From positions 32,001 through 96,000 of the IMG/VR virus record IMGVR_UViG_3300032285_001268: a DNA stretch of 64,000 bases. One strand, written 5' to 3'. The DNA comes from a virus. Within the stretch, counting starts at the first letter, position 1. Each line of letters begins with the position of its first letter. The translations under genes and the position numbers were made by a program. Positions 25,462 to 34,966 of this stretch are shown here, piece by piece. The notes below the pieces were generated by a model. It searched no databases and was not told the origin of the DNA. It was given only the letters and a program-made list of their open reading frames with translations.

Positions 25462-26436
25462 TTATCTTCTTGCCAATTCGACTATACGAGCAAGGATTGG
25501 ATCATGTCCAAAAGCATTTGATTCTTGTGTAACAACATTTGAACTATTAGCAACAGGTTTAAATCCATTTGGTGCTCTTGCCGCAATAAGTCTGTCTGTT
25601 AAGTCTGGTTTGCCGCCACCCTTAGTTGCCCATGCTTGATCTTCTGGACTCATAGCCGCATAGATAGCGGCTTGTTTAGGATCATTAGCATACGGATTTG
25701 GCGCTTGCTGAACTGGTGCTGGCTGTGTAGAACTACCATTAGGCGGTTCAGTAGGCTCAGTTCGATTTAATGATGCCAAGTACTGATCGTAAGTCATGTT
25801 ACCTGGCAGTGCGCTAGCGTCTAGTGGCTTTGCCTGGGCAACAGGTGGTACTTGTGTTGGTTTGACTGGATTATAATTACGCTTTACTCCCTTTGGCGGC
25901 GGTATCTCTGGGTGAGCTTTTGCAACTTTATCAGTTGCATCTCCCCATAGTCCGTCAGGCTTAACTCCTGGAAGAGTTTTTTGCCAATCATAAATTGCAG
26001 GATCTCCACCACGTGCTAAACCTGGGCGATCAGTAGTTGTAGTCGGTGCTGGTTGTGTAGCACTCGAACTTGTAGTACTAGCAACAGTAGTCGGCGCCTG
26101 TGCCGCAGGCGCAACTGGTCCAGGGCCTTGAGTTCCGTTAGCCTTTGCTTGTGCAATTAGTGTTTGTGCATTACCAGTTGGATTGCTATTAAGCCATTTC
26201 GTCATTTGATCAGGATTATATTCATCTCCTCCGTGACCAGTAGCTATCATTCCTGCCAAGTACTCGTTTTGTCTCCTCAGTTGAGCAATAGCGTCCTTAG
26301 CACCTGGATTTGTTTTTTCAAGTGAAGTAATAGCTGGAGCTAGAGCAGCCGCTATCTTTGCATTAGTTTCTTCCGCCAATCTAGTTTTTAACTTAGATGC
26401 TAGGTCTACTAATTGTGATTCAGTAATCTTTGTCAT
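25462..26436 (-). CDS. Pro/Ala/Thr-rich protein with a possible peptidoglycan-binding motif
   Basis: Low complexity; WQKTLPGVKPDGLWGDAT resembles the PG_binding_1 DGxxGxxT motif. Confidence 0.55.
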   Translation of the reverse strand: MTKITESQLVDLASKLKTRLAEETNAKIAAALAPAITSLEKTNPGAKDAIAQLRRQNEYLAGMIATGHGGDEYNPDQMTKWLNSNPTGNAQTLIAQAKANGTQGPGPVAPAAQAPTTVASTTSSSATQPAPTTTTDRPGLARGGDPAIYDWQKTLPGVKPDGLWGDATDKVAKAHPEIPPPKGVKRNYNPVKPTQVPPVAQAKPLDASALPGNMTYDQYLASLNRTEPTEPPNGSSTQPAPVQQAPNPYANDPKQAAIYAAMSPEDQAWATKGGGKPDLTDRLIAARAPNGFKPVANSSNVVTQESNAFGHDPILARIVELARR

Positions 26437-26438
26437 GA

Positions 26439-28625
26439 TTATCTTCCAATAATACTTAAAATACGTTGAATGTCAGCGTACGATGCTTCGGCCATTTGTG
26501 AGCCGTTAACACCTGCAAGCTCTTGCATTCTAGCGTGTTCTGGAGCATGATGCTGTTCGTGATCTGGATCAATCTCGTCTAGCTTCTCTAATACTGATTT
26601 AACGTGTGATGCTTTAGCACCAGGAAACTCACCGTTCTTAAATGCTGTTAGTACTTTGATCTTTGCACGAGTCTTGCCACCGTTTATCTTAGGAGTAGGA
26701 CCAGTTTGATCATCAACAAATCCTTCTACAGTTTTCCAGATCTCTTCAATTGGGTTTGCCTGACTAGCACCAAATCCAAACTGTTGAGGTTTCATACCAC
26801 ACTCGCCAATGATCTCTTCTAGTGATTTAACGCCATGTCCAAAGTCTAACATTGTTTCTAATGTTGCGCCTGCTTCCTTAGCGCGATGTATCGCACGAAC
26901 AATTTTACTAAATGGTGATTTCTCTCCAGTAGTTTCAGCCATTGGAGGAGTTTCAGGCGGAACTTCGGTGCTAGCTGTAGCTGTTGGTTCTGTAGGCGGA
27001 ACTTGGGCATTGGCTGTAGCTATTGGTTCAGCGGCTACATCAGCACTAGCTGTTGACGCAACTTCATCGCCACCAGTTGGCGTGCCAGTATTAATGTTCA
27101 ATGAGTTTGAAGCAATAATTTGCTTGGCTGCTTTTTCTGAACCCATTGGTAGATCTGGGTCTGTAATTTTTCCGCTTGCAATATCATTAATATACAATTT
27201 TATTGCTGGGCCAACTTCGTCTTCTGCTGATAAAGACTTAAGATAGTCATTGGTAAACGTTGGCGTTTCAATTATTCCAGCAAGGCTAAGGCTAGCATTT
27301 GTACCATTAGGGCCTGCTGTTAATTTAGAAGAAATAAAACCTTTAACTTTTTCAAGTGCTTGACTTGCCTTAGATGCATCTGCTGAAAATAACATATTTT
27401 TACCGTCAGCATCGACGCCTGATTCAGAAACAATGCGATCAAAGAAATTTAATAGTTCAGCTTCTTCTTTTGTCATTTTTTCTGTTTCGCGACGGGCTTT
27501 GTCACTTAGGTTAGGTGCTTTGCCCCTAGGATCTTTTTTAGGATCTGCTTTCTTCCATTCGCCTTCTTCTTTCCAGCGAATGACTTTACCATTTTCATCT
27601 TTTTCTTCTGTACGTTCTTCATCTAGTAAATCGTCTGGGCTAACTTCTCTAACTGGTATTTCAGTTTCGTCAACTAAACGGAAGATGTAAGGAAATGCTG
27701 TTTTTAAATCTTCGTTGAATGTACGGATTGTTAGTCTATCAATCCAGTCACTCATAACTTCTTCAGGAATCATCTGTTCTTCACGATCAGTGAATGATTC
27801 TGCAAACTGTTCATAGTATGCAGGACGTTGTAGCAGACCGATTTCTTTTTTCACACTGTCAATGCGTTCCATTACCTTGTCAGTAATATCACTCATAGCT
27901 TCTGATAGTGTTGCATTACGGCTAACATAACCTTTAAATTTACGTAGCTGTGCTAATTCTTCACTTAGGCTAACAATGTGTTTGCCGATGCCATCATAAG
28001 GAATACCACCATGTTTTAAATGTTCAGCTAGAGCGCGAGCGCCGTTAAGATGTTTAACAGGGTACTTAAATCTTTCGCCTTGTGCGTTCTCAACCCAAAT
28101 GCCTTCAATGTGCATTGTTCTTCCTGCTGGTAGGTCAGGATTAACTGGTTGGCTGTGTTTGATAATAATTTTAGCTTCGCCTAAGTCTTGGTAGCTCATT
28201 CTTGAGGTGCCAAACAACTTATTTTCCATGATCGGTTCCATCGATTCTTCCTTGGGTTTTGCTTGGAAAGCATAATCTCGTTTATCTAAATTACTCTTTC
28301 CAATATTCTGTACATCAAAATTTAATAGTCTATCTTTTGCAAATTGTCTAAAACTGCGAATAAATTTAAAAGCACCTGGATGTTTGCGCTCAGCTAGATC
28401 TCCGCTGATCTGCATAACTACACCTTCTTCTTCATCAAGTGTAATTGCAATAGTGCCTAATTCTTCGCCTTCTTCTTTATATTCAAACTCAAAGAAACGT
28501 GCTTTTGGAATATCAGTTTTTTTGCTTAAAACCTCAGCATTTTCGTCCCCAATTTTGATTTCTGGGAATCTAGTTTGTATTTTGCCATAAAGATCTTTGG
28601 CTATTTTATCTAAATTTGCGTTCAT
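26439..28625 (-). CDS. Large acidic hypothetical protein (728 aa), probably late/virion
   Basis: ATAAATA 4 nt upstream of the ATG; located next to the terminase. Confidence 0.7.
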   Translation of the reverse strand: MNANLDKIAKDLYGKIQTRFPEIKIGDENAEVLSKKTDIPKARFFEFEYKEEGEELGTIAITLDEEEGVVMQISGDLAERKHPGAFKFIRSFRQFAKDRLLNFDVQNIGKSNLDKRDYAFQAKPKEESMEPIMENKLFGTSRMSYQDLGEAKIIIKHSQPVNPDLPAGRTMHIEGIWVENAQGERFKYPVKHLNGARALAEHLKHGGIPYDGIGKHIVSLSEELAQLRKFKGYVSRNATLSEAMSDITDKVMERIDSVKKEIGLLQRPAYYEQFAESFTDREEQMIPEEVMSDWIDRLTIRTFNEDLKTAFPYIFRLVDETEIPVREVSPDDLLDEERTEEKDENGKVIRWKEEGEWKKADPKKDPRGKAPNLSDKARRETEKMTKEEAELLNFFDRIVSESGVDADGKNMLFSADASKASQALEKVKGFISSKLTAGPNGTNASLSLAGIIETPTFTNDYLKSLSAEDEVGPAIKLYINDIASGKITDPDLPMGSEKAAKQIIASNSLNINTGTPTGGDEVASTASADVAAEPIATANAQVPPTEPTATASTEVPPETPPMAETTGEKSPFSKIVRAIHRAKEAGATLETMLDFGHGVKSLEEIIGECGMKPQQFGFGASQANPIEEIWKTVEGFVDDQTGPTPKINGGKTRAKIKVLTAFKNGEFPGAKASHVKSVLEKLDEIDPDHEQHHAPEHARMQELAGVNGSQMAEASYADIQRILSIIGR

Positions 28626-28635
28626 GTTATATTTA

Positions 28636-30231
28636 TCAGATGCCTGTTGATATGTATATGGGCAAAGGTAGTTCTAAATCTTCTTCTAATTCGCTTTGAA
28701 CACGCAATGTTTCAAATACGTTAGGATCCCACTCAGCTAGTACCTGTGAGATTCGAACTACTAGTAGCAGTGACGCAACTAGGTCGTCGTGTTGCCCTAC
28801 TTTTGCTTTAAATGTAGTACCTGCGGCAATAAATGTTTTTAATTCGCTAATTAATGGTCTACTGTTTAAGGTCATTTTATCTTCTTCGATTAGATATTTG
28901 ACCTTAGCACAAGTGCTGATTTTATTGCCAAACGTAGTATTAAAACCCTTACGGAATTTACGCACATGTCCTTTTCTAGCAGGCTCACTCATGAACATTC
29001 CCGGAAATGTTTCTTCTCCGAGATTATTAATAACAACCAATGCGCTTTCACCTACAGTATTATTTTCTACACTCCAGTAAATGCTGTTGAAATTATCAGC
29101 ACCTATTTCGTCCTGTATGTATCGTAAAATATCCCTAAAAATTTTAACCTGTTGCTGGATCGGTGTAATGTTATGTTGCCACTCTCCGATCTGCACCATG
29201 CTGGGCATTTCAAATATTTGTATTGCTCCGTAGTCTCCTCCTGTTCCGAGACTGGGATCTAGCGCGGCCACATACACATTTCCCGCAGTTGGTTTCTTCC
29301 ACCAGCGTACTTGTCCTTGCTTGAACGCCGGTTCTTTTCCGGGTAGTTCTGCTAGTTTTAAACTGTTAATTAGTGTTTCGTCGTAGACTAAGAATTCGCA
29401 ACCGTACTCACGACGGAAACGTTCTTCGCCAATGCGTCCCATCTCAGTCTTTTTCCAATCTTCACCACGATCCGGATGTTCCCACCACTCGGCACGGAAT
29501 CCATGGAACCCGTTAACTCCTGTGCCATCTTCTTTTTCGTTGCCGTATTCGTCAAACTTGTTTTGTGACTCTTTCCAAATAATAGCAAACTCGTCTTCGT
29601 CTGAGTTTGGTGTACTGGTGATAATTGCTCGACCACCAGTTGCTAGTGTTGGGCTGATTGACGTCCAAAATTCTGTAGCAATGTTAGGTTGTACGAAAGC
29701 AAACTCATCGCAATATAGTAAGGATATGGACATACCACGACCGGTATTACCAGTAGTAGTAGCTGATACAATTCTTGATCCGTTATCAAATTCAATACTC
29801 CCTTTGTTATAGTTTACAACACCACAACGTATGTGATCTTCGCACAGTTCATAGCCATAGCGGATACGTTGCATAATTTCCTGTGAGCCTGTGTATTTGT
29901 GCGCGGCCACTAGAATAGTTTGATCTGGATGGAACATAGCATACCATAGCAGGTAACTTGATGCACAAGTTGTCTTACCACTTTGACGTGGTAGCATGTT
30001 GATGTTAAAACGATAATCGTGATAGGCGGCCAGCAAGCGTTCTTGATATTCAAATGGTTCAAATTTAACTTTACCCTTTACCGGATGTTGAATATGAAAG
30101 AATTTTTTAGCGAAAGCCAAGTACCCGTTGGTGGGATCAGAACATGCGATCAAGTCAGCAATTTGTTCTTCTGTAAACTTTTCTTTACTATGCGCTTTTT
30201 TGGTTAAGACGCCGTCTAGTGATTTTGCCAT
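28636..30231 (-). CDS. gp17: Terminase large subunit (gp17-like)
   Basis: PRQSGKT Walker A, YCDEFAF Walker B, TSTPN, ALDPS nuclease Asp, HDDLV. Confidence 0.95.
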   Translation of the reverse strand: MAKSLDGVLTKKAHSKEKFTEEQIADLIACSDPTNGYLAFAKKFFHIQHPVKGKVKFEPFEYQERLLAAYHDYRFNINMLPRQSGKTTCASSYLLWYAMFHPDQTILVAAHKYTGSQEIMQRIRYGYELCEDHIRCGVVNYNKGSIEFDNGSRIVSATTTGNTGRGMSISLLYCDEFAFVQPNIATEFWTSISPTLATGGRAIITSTPNSDEDEFAIIWKESQNKFDEYGNEKEDGTGVNGFHGFRAEWWEHPDRGEDWKKTEMGRIGEERFRREYGCEFLVYDETLINSLKLAELPGKEPAFKQGQVRWWKKPTAGNVYVAALDPSLGTGGDYGAIQIFEMPSMVQIGEWQHNITPIQQQVKIFRDILRYIQDEIGADNFNSIYWSVENNTVGESALVVINNLGEETFPGMFMSEPARKGHVRKFRKGFNTTFGNKISTCAKVKYLIEEDKMTLNSRPLISELKTFIAAGTTFKAKVGQHDDLVASLLLVVRISQVLAEWDPNVFETLRVQSELEEDLELPLPIYISTGI

Positions 30232-30245
30232 AACTTTATTTACAT

Positions 30246-30273
30246 AAAAAAAGGGCTCCTAAGAGCCCCTTTT
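30246..30273. terminator. Bidirectional intrinsic terminator
   Basis: A7-GGGCTC-CTAA-GAGCCC-CTTTT. Confidence 0.75.
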
Positions 30274-30286
30274 GAACTGCGACGAA

Positions 30287-31363
30287 TTATTTTTTATATT
30301 TGTTGTATTTGGCACGTACCGGTTCCAAGTCCTTGCCTTCTGCCTCTGCATCACGCAATGCCTGCATACCTTTTTTACCATATTTCATTATGCCTTTGGC
30401 AGCACGACTCATTGTTTTTTTATCTTCTAGAACTTCAAGTTCTAAATCGTGATCTTCATAGGCCATGATTGGTGCAGTAGCTACCTTTGGCGAATACGCT
30501 GACATAGCTGTTTGGCATTCTGGTGTTAGCATAGCATGTTTGAAATGATGTGCTACGTGTGCGTGACGTACTTCGTGATCGTCATGTTTCTTTTCACGAT
30601 AGCCCATGCCGTCATAAAAATAGTCGTATAACTTTTCATAAAGTTCTGGGGTTAAACGGCCAGCTTCTTCAAACTGCTTAACATCATGCTTGTGACTAGC
30701 AATGATATTTGCTAGAGCGTGACGATGTGGATCTTCGTTGCAACCTTCATTAAGTGTGCGTGTCTCGCGAGTTTTTACTTCATTGTATAGTTTTTGTAAT
30801 CGATCTACTAGACCTTCGTGCATTCTTGGGCTAGCAATAGGCAATCCAGTTTGGCGTAGACGATGATCACCGTGGTTTGCGCTGAAGTCATCTGACGGTG
30901 GATTAGTTACTGCTGACACATCAAATGTTTCTTCGCCTGAACTATTTGGAGCAGAATTTTTCCATTCTTCTTCCATTTCAGATCCTAGCACAATAGCGTC
31001 TGCACCTTGTACATGATGTGCAGGTGCAACCATTGGTTCGCCTACAGGCTCTTCTTCACCGGATTGTTCAATGTTGCGCAGGATCTTCATGAGGTCACTA
31101 ATACCGTTAGGACCTGATCCATTCATGCTAACATTCATAGTTACTGAATCCGCTTGTTTAGGAGCAGAAGAAATCTTTGGAAGTTCAAGATGTGGCATTT
31201 CGTCGCCACACTCGGCTGTCATTGCCGGTGTTGAGCCTGATGAAGAATCTTGTGCGCCAACTGCTGAATTGCCAACACCGGACGATGAATCACCGGTCAT
31301 TGTCATATCTTGAGTAGTTTCTTCAATCGCTCTTAATTTTTCTGCTAGTTCATAAAAATTCAT
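30287..31363 (-). CDS. Acidic, low-complexity hypothetical protein (candidate internal head protein)
   Basis: Start MNFYELAEKLRAIEE at 31363; His/Glu-rich. Confidence 0.65.
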   Translation of the reverse strand: MNFYELAEKLRAIEETTQDMTMTGDSSSGVGNSAVGAQDSSSGSTPAMTAECGDEMPHLELPKISSAPKQADSVTMNVSMNGSGPNGISDLMKILRNIEQSGEEEPVGEPMVAPAHHVQGADAIVLGSEMEEEWKNSAPNSSGEETFDVSAVTNPPSDDFSANHGDHRLRQTGLPIASPRMHEGLVDRLQKLYNEVKTRETRTLNEGCNEDPHRHALANIIASHKHDVKQFEEAGRLTPELYEKLYDYFYDGMGYREKKHDDHEVRHAHVAHHFKHAMLTPECQTAMSAYSPKVATAPIMAYEDHDLELEVLEDKKTMSRAAKGIMKYGKKGMQALRDAEAEGKDLEPVRAKYNKYKK

Positions 31364-31364
31364 A

Positions 31365-31910
31365 TTATTTTCCTTTTGGCGCATTAGGTACAGACTTTGC
31401 TAAAAGTTGATCATTAACACCTGTGTATTGTTCTGGACTGTGCTTGGTCTTGCTTAATTCTTTTAAGAAATTTAGTTTATGTTCTTCACCAACTAACTTC
31501 TGTGCGCCCGGTGTATCTTCTAACTCATGCTTGGTTAAAAGTGCTTGACCTGATTTGTCAAGATTAGCGTGGTTAAGTTCAACTTCTTGTTGTTCAAGTT
31601 CAGTTAATGCTAAAATATTAGTAGCTGGAATACGTAACCCTTCTGCGATTTTATCTAGCACTTGACGGCTAGTCGCTGGATAATTTGTTATAACATCAAA
31701 CAAACTAACTGCTATGTTTTTGTGATTAGGAAATTCAGTGTGGCTAGCAGTAATAGGTGTGCGTTTGCCAGCCGATACTGTTGCTACTTCAAATTCTGAT
31801 AAAGCACGTTTAATAGCATCTGTGCAGTTATCAGGGCAATCACCTGCAATCTTTACTTTGAAAGTGTAGGTTTTTTTGCTCTCTGTTAGGTATTCTTTAA
31901 ATGATTTCAT
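31365..31910 (-). CDS. Candidate internal head protein with capsid-targeting-like N-terminus
   Basis: MKSFKEYLTE resembles the T4 CTS MKTYQEFIAE; late promoter 31929-31935. Confidence 0.6.
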   Translation of the reverse strand: MKSFKEYLTESKKTYTFKVKIAGDCPDNCTDAIKRALSEFEVATVSAGKRTPITASHTEFPNHKNIAVSLFDVITNYPATSRQVLDKIAEGLRIPATNILALTELEQQEVELNHANLDKSGQALLTKHELEDTPGAQKLVGEEHKLNFLKELSKTKHSPEQYTGVNDQLLAKSVPNAPKGK

Positions 31911-31931
31911 AGTGCGATTCCAATACTATAT

Positions 31932-32411
31932 TTATTTCAAATTCTTTAGTTTCTCTAGTAAGCTATTACGATCTGTAACGATATAGCCATCGCCCGGAAT
32001 GGTAAGTCCGTTATCTCCGCCGGCAGCATCATTGTCTAATTTCTGCTTCTTAAGCTGTAGATCTATCATTTTTAGCTTCTTATCTAACTTGGCTGTTTTA
32101 GCTTGAATAGCATTGCCTAGCATACTAGCGGCTACTTCAAACAGACGTCCGCTGTATCTAGCTTCTACGTTCATACCTAAATCCATGATATCTTCATAGG
32201 CATCAACTGCACGTTTGGCTAGATCATCTAACTCAGCGTCGCTAACATCTCCCAATCCCTTTACCTGCGGTAAAGCCGCTGAAATCTTGTCAAACTCTGA
32301 AATATCACGAAGTAGTGGCTTGGCCGCTTCTTGTGGTTGTTTCTTTTCTTCTTGCTTGACAATCTTTTTGCTTTCGGGCAAATTTAATAGTTCTTCTAAT
32401 TTTTTAGTCAT
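31932..32411 (-). CDS. gp16: Terminase small subunit (gp16-like)
   Basis: Helical core RLFEVAASML and C-terminal IVTDRNSLLEKLK. Confidence 0.7.
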   Translation of the reverse strand: MTKKLEELLNLPESKKIVKQEEKKQPQEAAKPLLRDISEFDKISAALPQVKGLGDVSDAELDDLAKRAVDAYEDIMDLGMNVEARYSGRLFEVAASMLGNAIQAKTAKLDKKLKMIDLQLKKQKLDNDAAGGDNGLTIPGDGYIVTDRNSLLEKLKNLK

Positions 32412-32422
32412 ACTATTACTTA

Positions 32423-32854
32423 TCAGCCGCCGGTATGGAATAAATCATTTTCGTTAATGATTCTAAACTTAATACCCTGTTGTTTACACCAATGATTTGC
32501 GGCTGCCCATTTTGCCTGATTTTTAACGAACTGTGCTTGATTATATTTGTTTTTGCCCACACGCTCTAGTATACTTTGACTCGCTGGTTTTATCTCAATT
32601 AGTTCGACATTTGTTCGATTCATCTTGTCAGCATATTGTATGAAAAAATCTGGCACATATACTGTCTGTCTGCCAGTAAGCGGATCTCTGTAGGGTATTT
32701 GTATCGCTTCGCTAGCCCATTTTTGTACACTAACATTCGTGTCACAAAAATTCATAAAACTCCACTCCCAACTGGATCTATATGTAGGAACCTTAGTACC
32801 TACATACTTTTCCGGGTGTCGCATATTGAATTTACCACGAGCAAACTTTGCCAT
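32423..32854 (-). CDS. gp4: Head completion nuclease (T4 gp4-like, TnsA-type)
   Basis: YRSSWE, WASE.IQIPY, YVPDF, IEIKP. Confidence 0.85.
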   Translation of the reverse strand: MAKFARGKFNMRHPEKYVGTKVPTYRSSWEWSFMNFCDTNVSVQKWASEAIQIPYRDPLTGRQTVYVPDFFIQYADKMNRTNVELIEIKPASQSILERVGKNKYNQAQFVKNQAKWAAANHWCKQQGIKFRIINENDLFHTGG

Positions 32855-32855
32855 G

Positions 32856-33227
32856 TTATACTAAGATGTTTCTACTTTCAAAGGTATCTTCTATCTTTGC
32901 AACACGGTATCCTAGTAGACTAGTGTTTTCTCTGTAGGCATTGAGTACCTGCGCTACAATCTGACTAAGTTGAATGTCTGTCAGTGATTTTAGTGAGTCA
33001 AGTAAAGAAAACGGTGCTACGTTATCAATACGTGCTTGGTTTAATAGCACAATAGTAATGGATCGAGAACTGTCTTGGTCAAAGCCGCGTTTTAAAAAGA
33101 ATCCAACAACTGCATCAATTTCGTATGATGGAAAACTAACTTGTTGTTTAAAGAATTTATCAAAGAACGCTTTAGTTTGAATGTTGTTAACTGACTGCTG
33201 TAGTTGAGGTAGATTTAGTGTTGCCAT
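32856..33227 (-). CDS. Hypothetical protein (123 aa)
   Basis: ORF in the tail operon. Confidence 0.7.
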   Translation of the reverse strand: MATLNLPQLQQSVNNIQTKAFFDKFFKQQVSFPSYEIDAVVGFFLKRGFDQDSSRSITIVLLNQARIDNVAPFSLLDSLKSLTDIQLSQIVAQVLNAYRENTSLLGYRVAKIEDTFESRNILV

Positions 33228-33228
33228 G

Positions 33229-34227
33229 TTATTTTCCTAGATTTACTTGACTAGCAATAATAGGACTTGATGTTTGTGCAACTGTAGAATTTGGAAAATT
33301 AATACCAAGCGTGTTGCCAGTTCCAGTTACGTTTGCTCCATCCACATTGATCACACCCATGTTTCCTGGAACTGTACCTTGACTAGCATTTTGATAGTTG
33401 TTTACAGTTTGTATCATGTTAGATAAAAAGTTATTTGCATTAGATTGATTGTTTTGACTGCTCAAAACACTACTAACACCGATACGAGTGTCGCCGACTA
33501 ATGGGCTAGGTGTTGGATCATAATGCTCTCTACCGAACCCTTCTATAGTATCGGAACCTACAACACCAAGACCATATTCTACTGCTTCGCATTGAAGTTT
33601 CATATCAAATTCTTGTGTTTGCTGGCCCTGCGCATAGTCTACTCTGTTGTAGTTCCAAAAAGTAATAATAGGATTAACGAGTTTATAACTGACAAACTCA
33701 TGACGAGCCATTTGATAGATAATAATATAATTAAAGAACGGTTCTGTACTTCCGTTGTCTAAACCATAGGGCTGAGTAATATAGTTAGAATTTTTTGTAG
33801 CAGTCCTACTGTACGCACCTGGAACTCCTGCACTATTAAAATCAGCATAGTAATAGCTGTAATAATTTTGCCATAGTTGATTTATTATGCCTGTATTATC
33901 ATCATGAAATTTCATAGTAATTTCACCAGGCTTAGATTGATATTGCATTACTTTTTTTCTGTTATACTGATTTAACAATTCTGTCGAAACAGTATAGCTA
34001 GGCAAGTCTGTGCTTTTAACCAACATACCAATAGTTGATCCAAATCTTTCAACTAGGTCAGTAGTTCTAAGTGCGCCCTTGTTAAGACTAAATGCCACAT
34101 GGAATAAAAATTTAGATTTTGGTGCCAGCGCAAATTGTTCGTCCGCAAATAGACGAGCCGCATGCTGTTGATCTCGTAGACTAATATACGGATCGGAAAC
34201 TAGTTCATTGGTGGGAGTGAATGACAT
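33229..34227 (-). CDS. Tail tube initiator / baseplate protein (gp54/gp19 family)
   Basis: VKSTDLPSY...NQYNRK...ITMKFHDD tube-fold pattern. Confidence 0.65.
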   Translation of the reverse strand: MSFTPTNELVSDPYISLRDQQHAARLFADEQFALAPKSKFLFHVAFSLNKGALRTTDLVERFGSTIGMLVKSTDLPSYTVSTELLNQYNRKKVMQYQSKPGEITMKFHDDNTGIINQLWQNYYSYYYADFNSAGVPGAYSRTATKNSNYITQPYGLDNGSTEPFFNYIIIYQMARHEFVSYKLVNPIITFWNYNRVDYAQGQQTQEFDMKLQCEAVEYGLGVVGSDTIEGFGREHYDPTPSPLVGDTRIGVSSVLSSQNNQSNANNFLSNMIQTVNNYQNASQGTVPGNMGVINVDGANVTGTGNTLGINFPNSTVAQTSSPIIASQVNLGK

Positions 34228-34275
34228 AATATTATTTATTAACGGTTATTATCTACGCACTTAATGATTATGCAT

Positions 34276-34303
34276 AAAAAAGCCCACTAATGTGGGCTTG
34301 TTT
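34276..34303 (-). terminator. Intrinsic terminator after the tube gene
   Basis: A6-GCCCAC-TAAT-GTGGGC. Confidence 0.7.
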
Positions 34304-34304
34304 A

Positions 34305-34952
34305 TTAACCGATTTGACCGCCGCCGCCAGTAGCATTAGTACTACGAGTTTGTTTAAACCCTGGTGTACCAAATCCAGCTGAAGGTCCAATTTGAACAGC
34401 ATTATCCATTTGGATACTGATGTCGATGGTCATCACTGCTTGTTGTGTATATGTTACTGTATTGTAGTTTGTCGATGCTAGATAACAACCATAGCACTCC
34501 CATGTTTCAAGAACATTAGGACCGCCTGTTGGATCAGCACCGTTACCGCCGTCTAACATTTCAATACGCATGGTAAACTTATAGTCACCGCCTGATGCCG
34601 CTGAACTTTGTTCAAAGAAGTCAAACTGTTTCTGATTTTGTTCACCAACTAGCTTGCTAACAGCACCAGTTACATCATCGCGTAACTTGATTGTTAATGG
34701 TTGCCACTTAGGACGACCAGCATAGTGAATTGTTGAGTTGTACACTTGAAGTGTTTGATCTTCAAACTGTACGTTTGGACGAGCCGCATCTTGAACTTGT
34801 TTTGTAAGTTCAGTTGTTGAACCGCTTACACCAAAATTTTCAAAACTAACTCTAAAACGGTACTGCAACTTAGGCATTAACATGCCCTGTGTTGATGCGC
34901 TTTGATTAGAAGCTAGCGGTACTGTAAATCTTGATAATGACGCAATTGACAT
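34305..34952 (-). CDS. gp19: Tail tube protein (gp19-like)
   Basis: PKLQYRFRV, YAGRPKWQPLTIKLRDD; directly after the sheath gene. Confidence 0.88.
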   Translation of the reverse strand: MSIASLSRFTVPLASNQSASTQGMLMPKLQYRFRVSFENFGVSGSTTELTKQVQDAARPNVQFEDQTLQVYNSTIHYAGRPKWQPLTIKLRDDVTGAVSKLVGEQNQKQFDFFEQSSAASGGDYKFTMRIEMLDGGNGADPTGGPNVLETWECYGCYLASTNYNTVTYTQQAVMTIDISIQMDNAVQIGPSAGFGTPGFKQTRSTNATGGGGQIG

Positions 34953-34966
34953 TTAATTTCTCCTAA

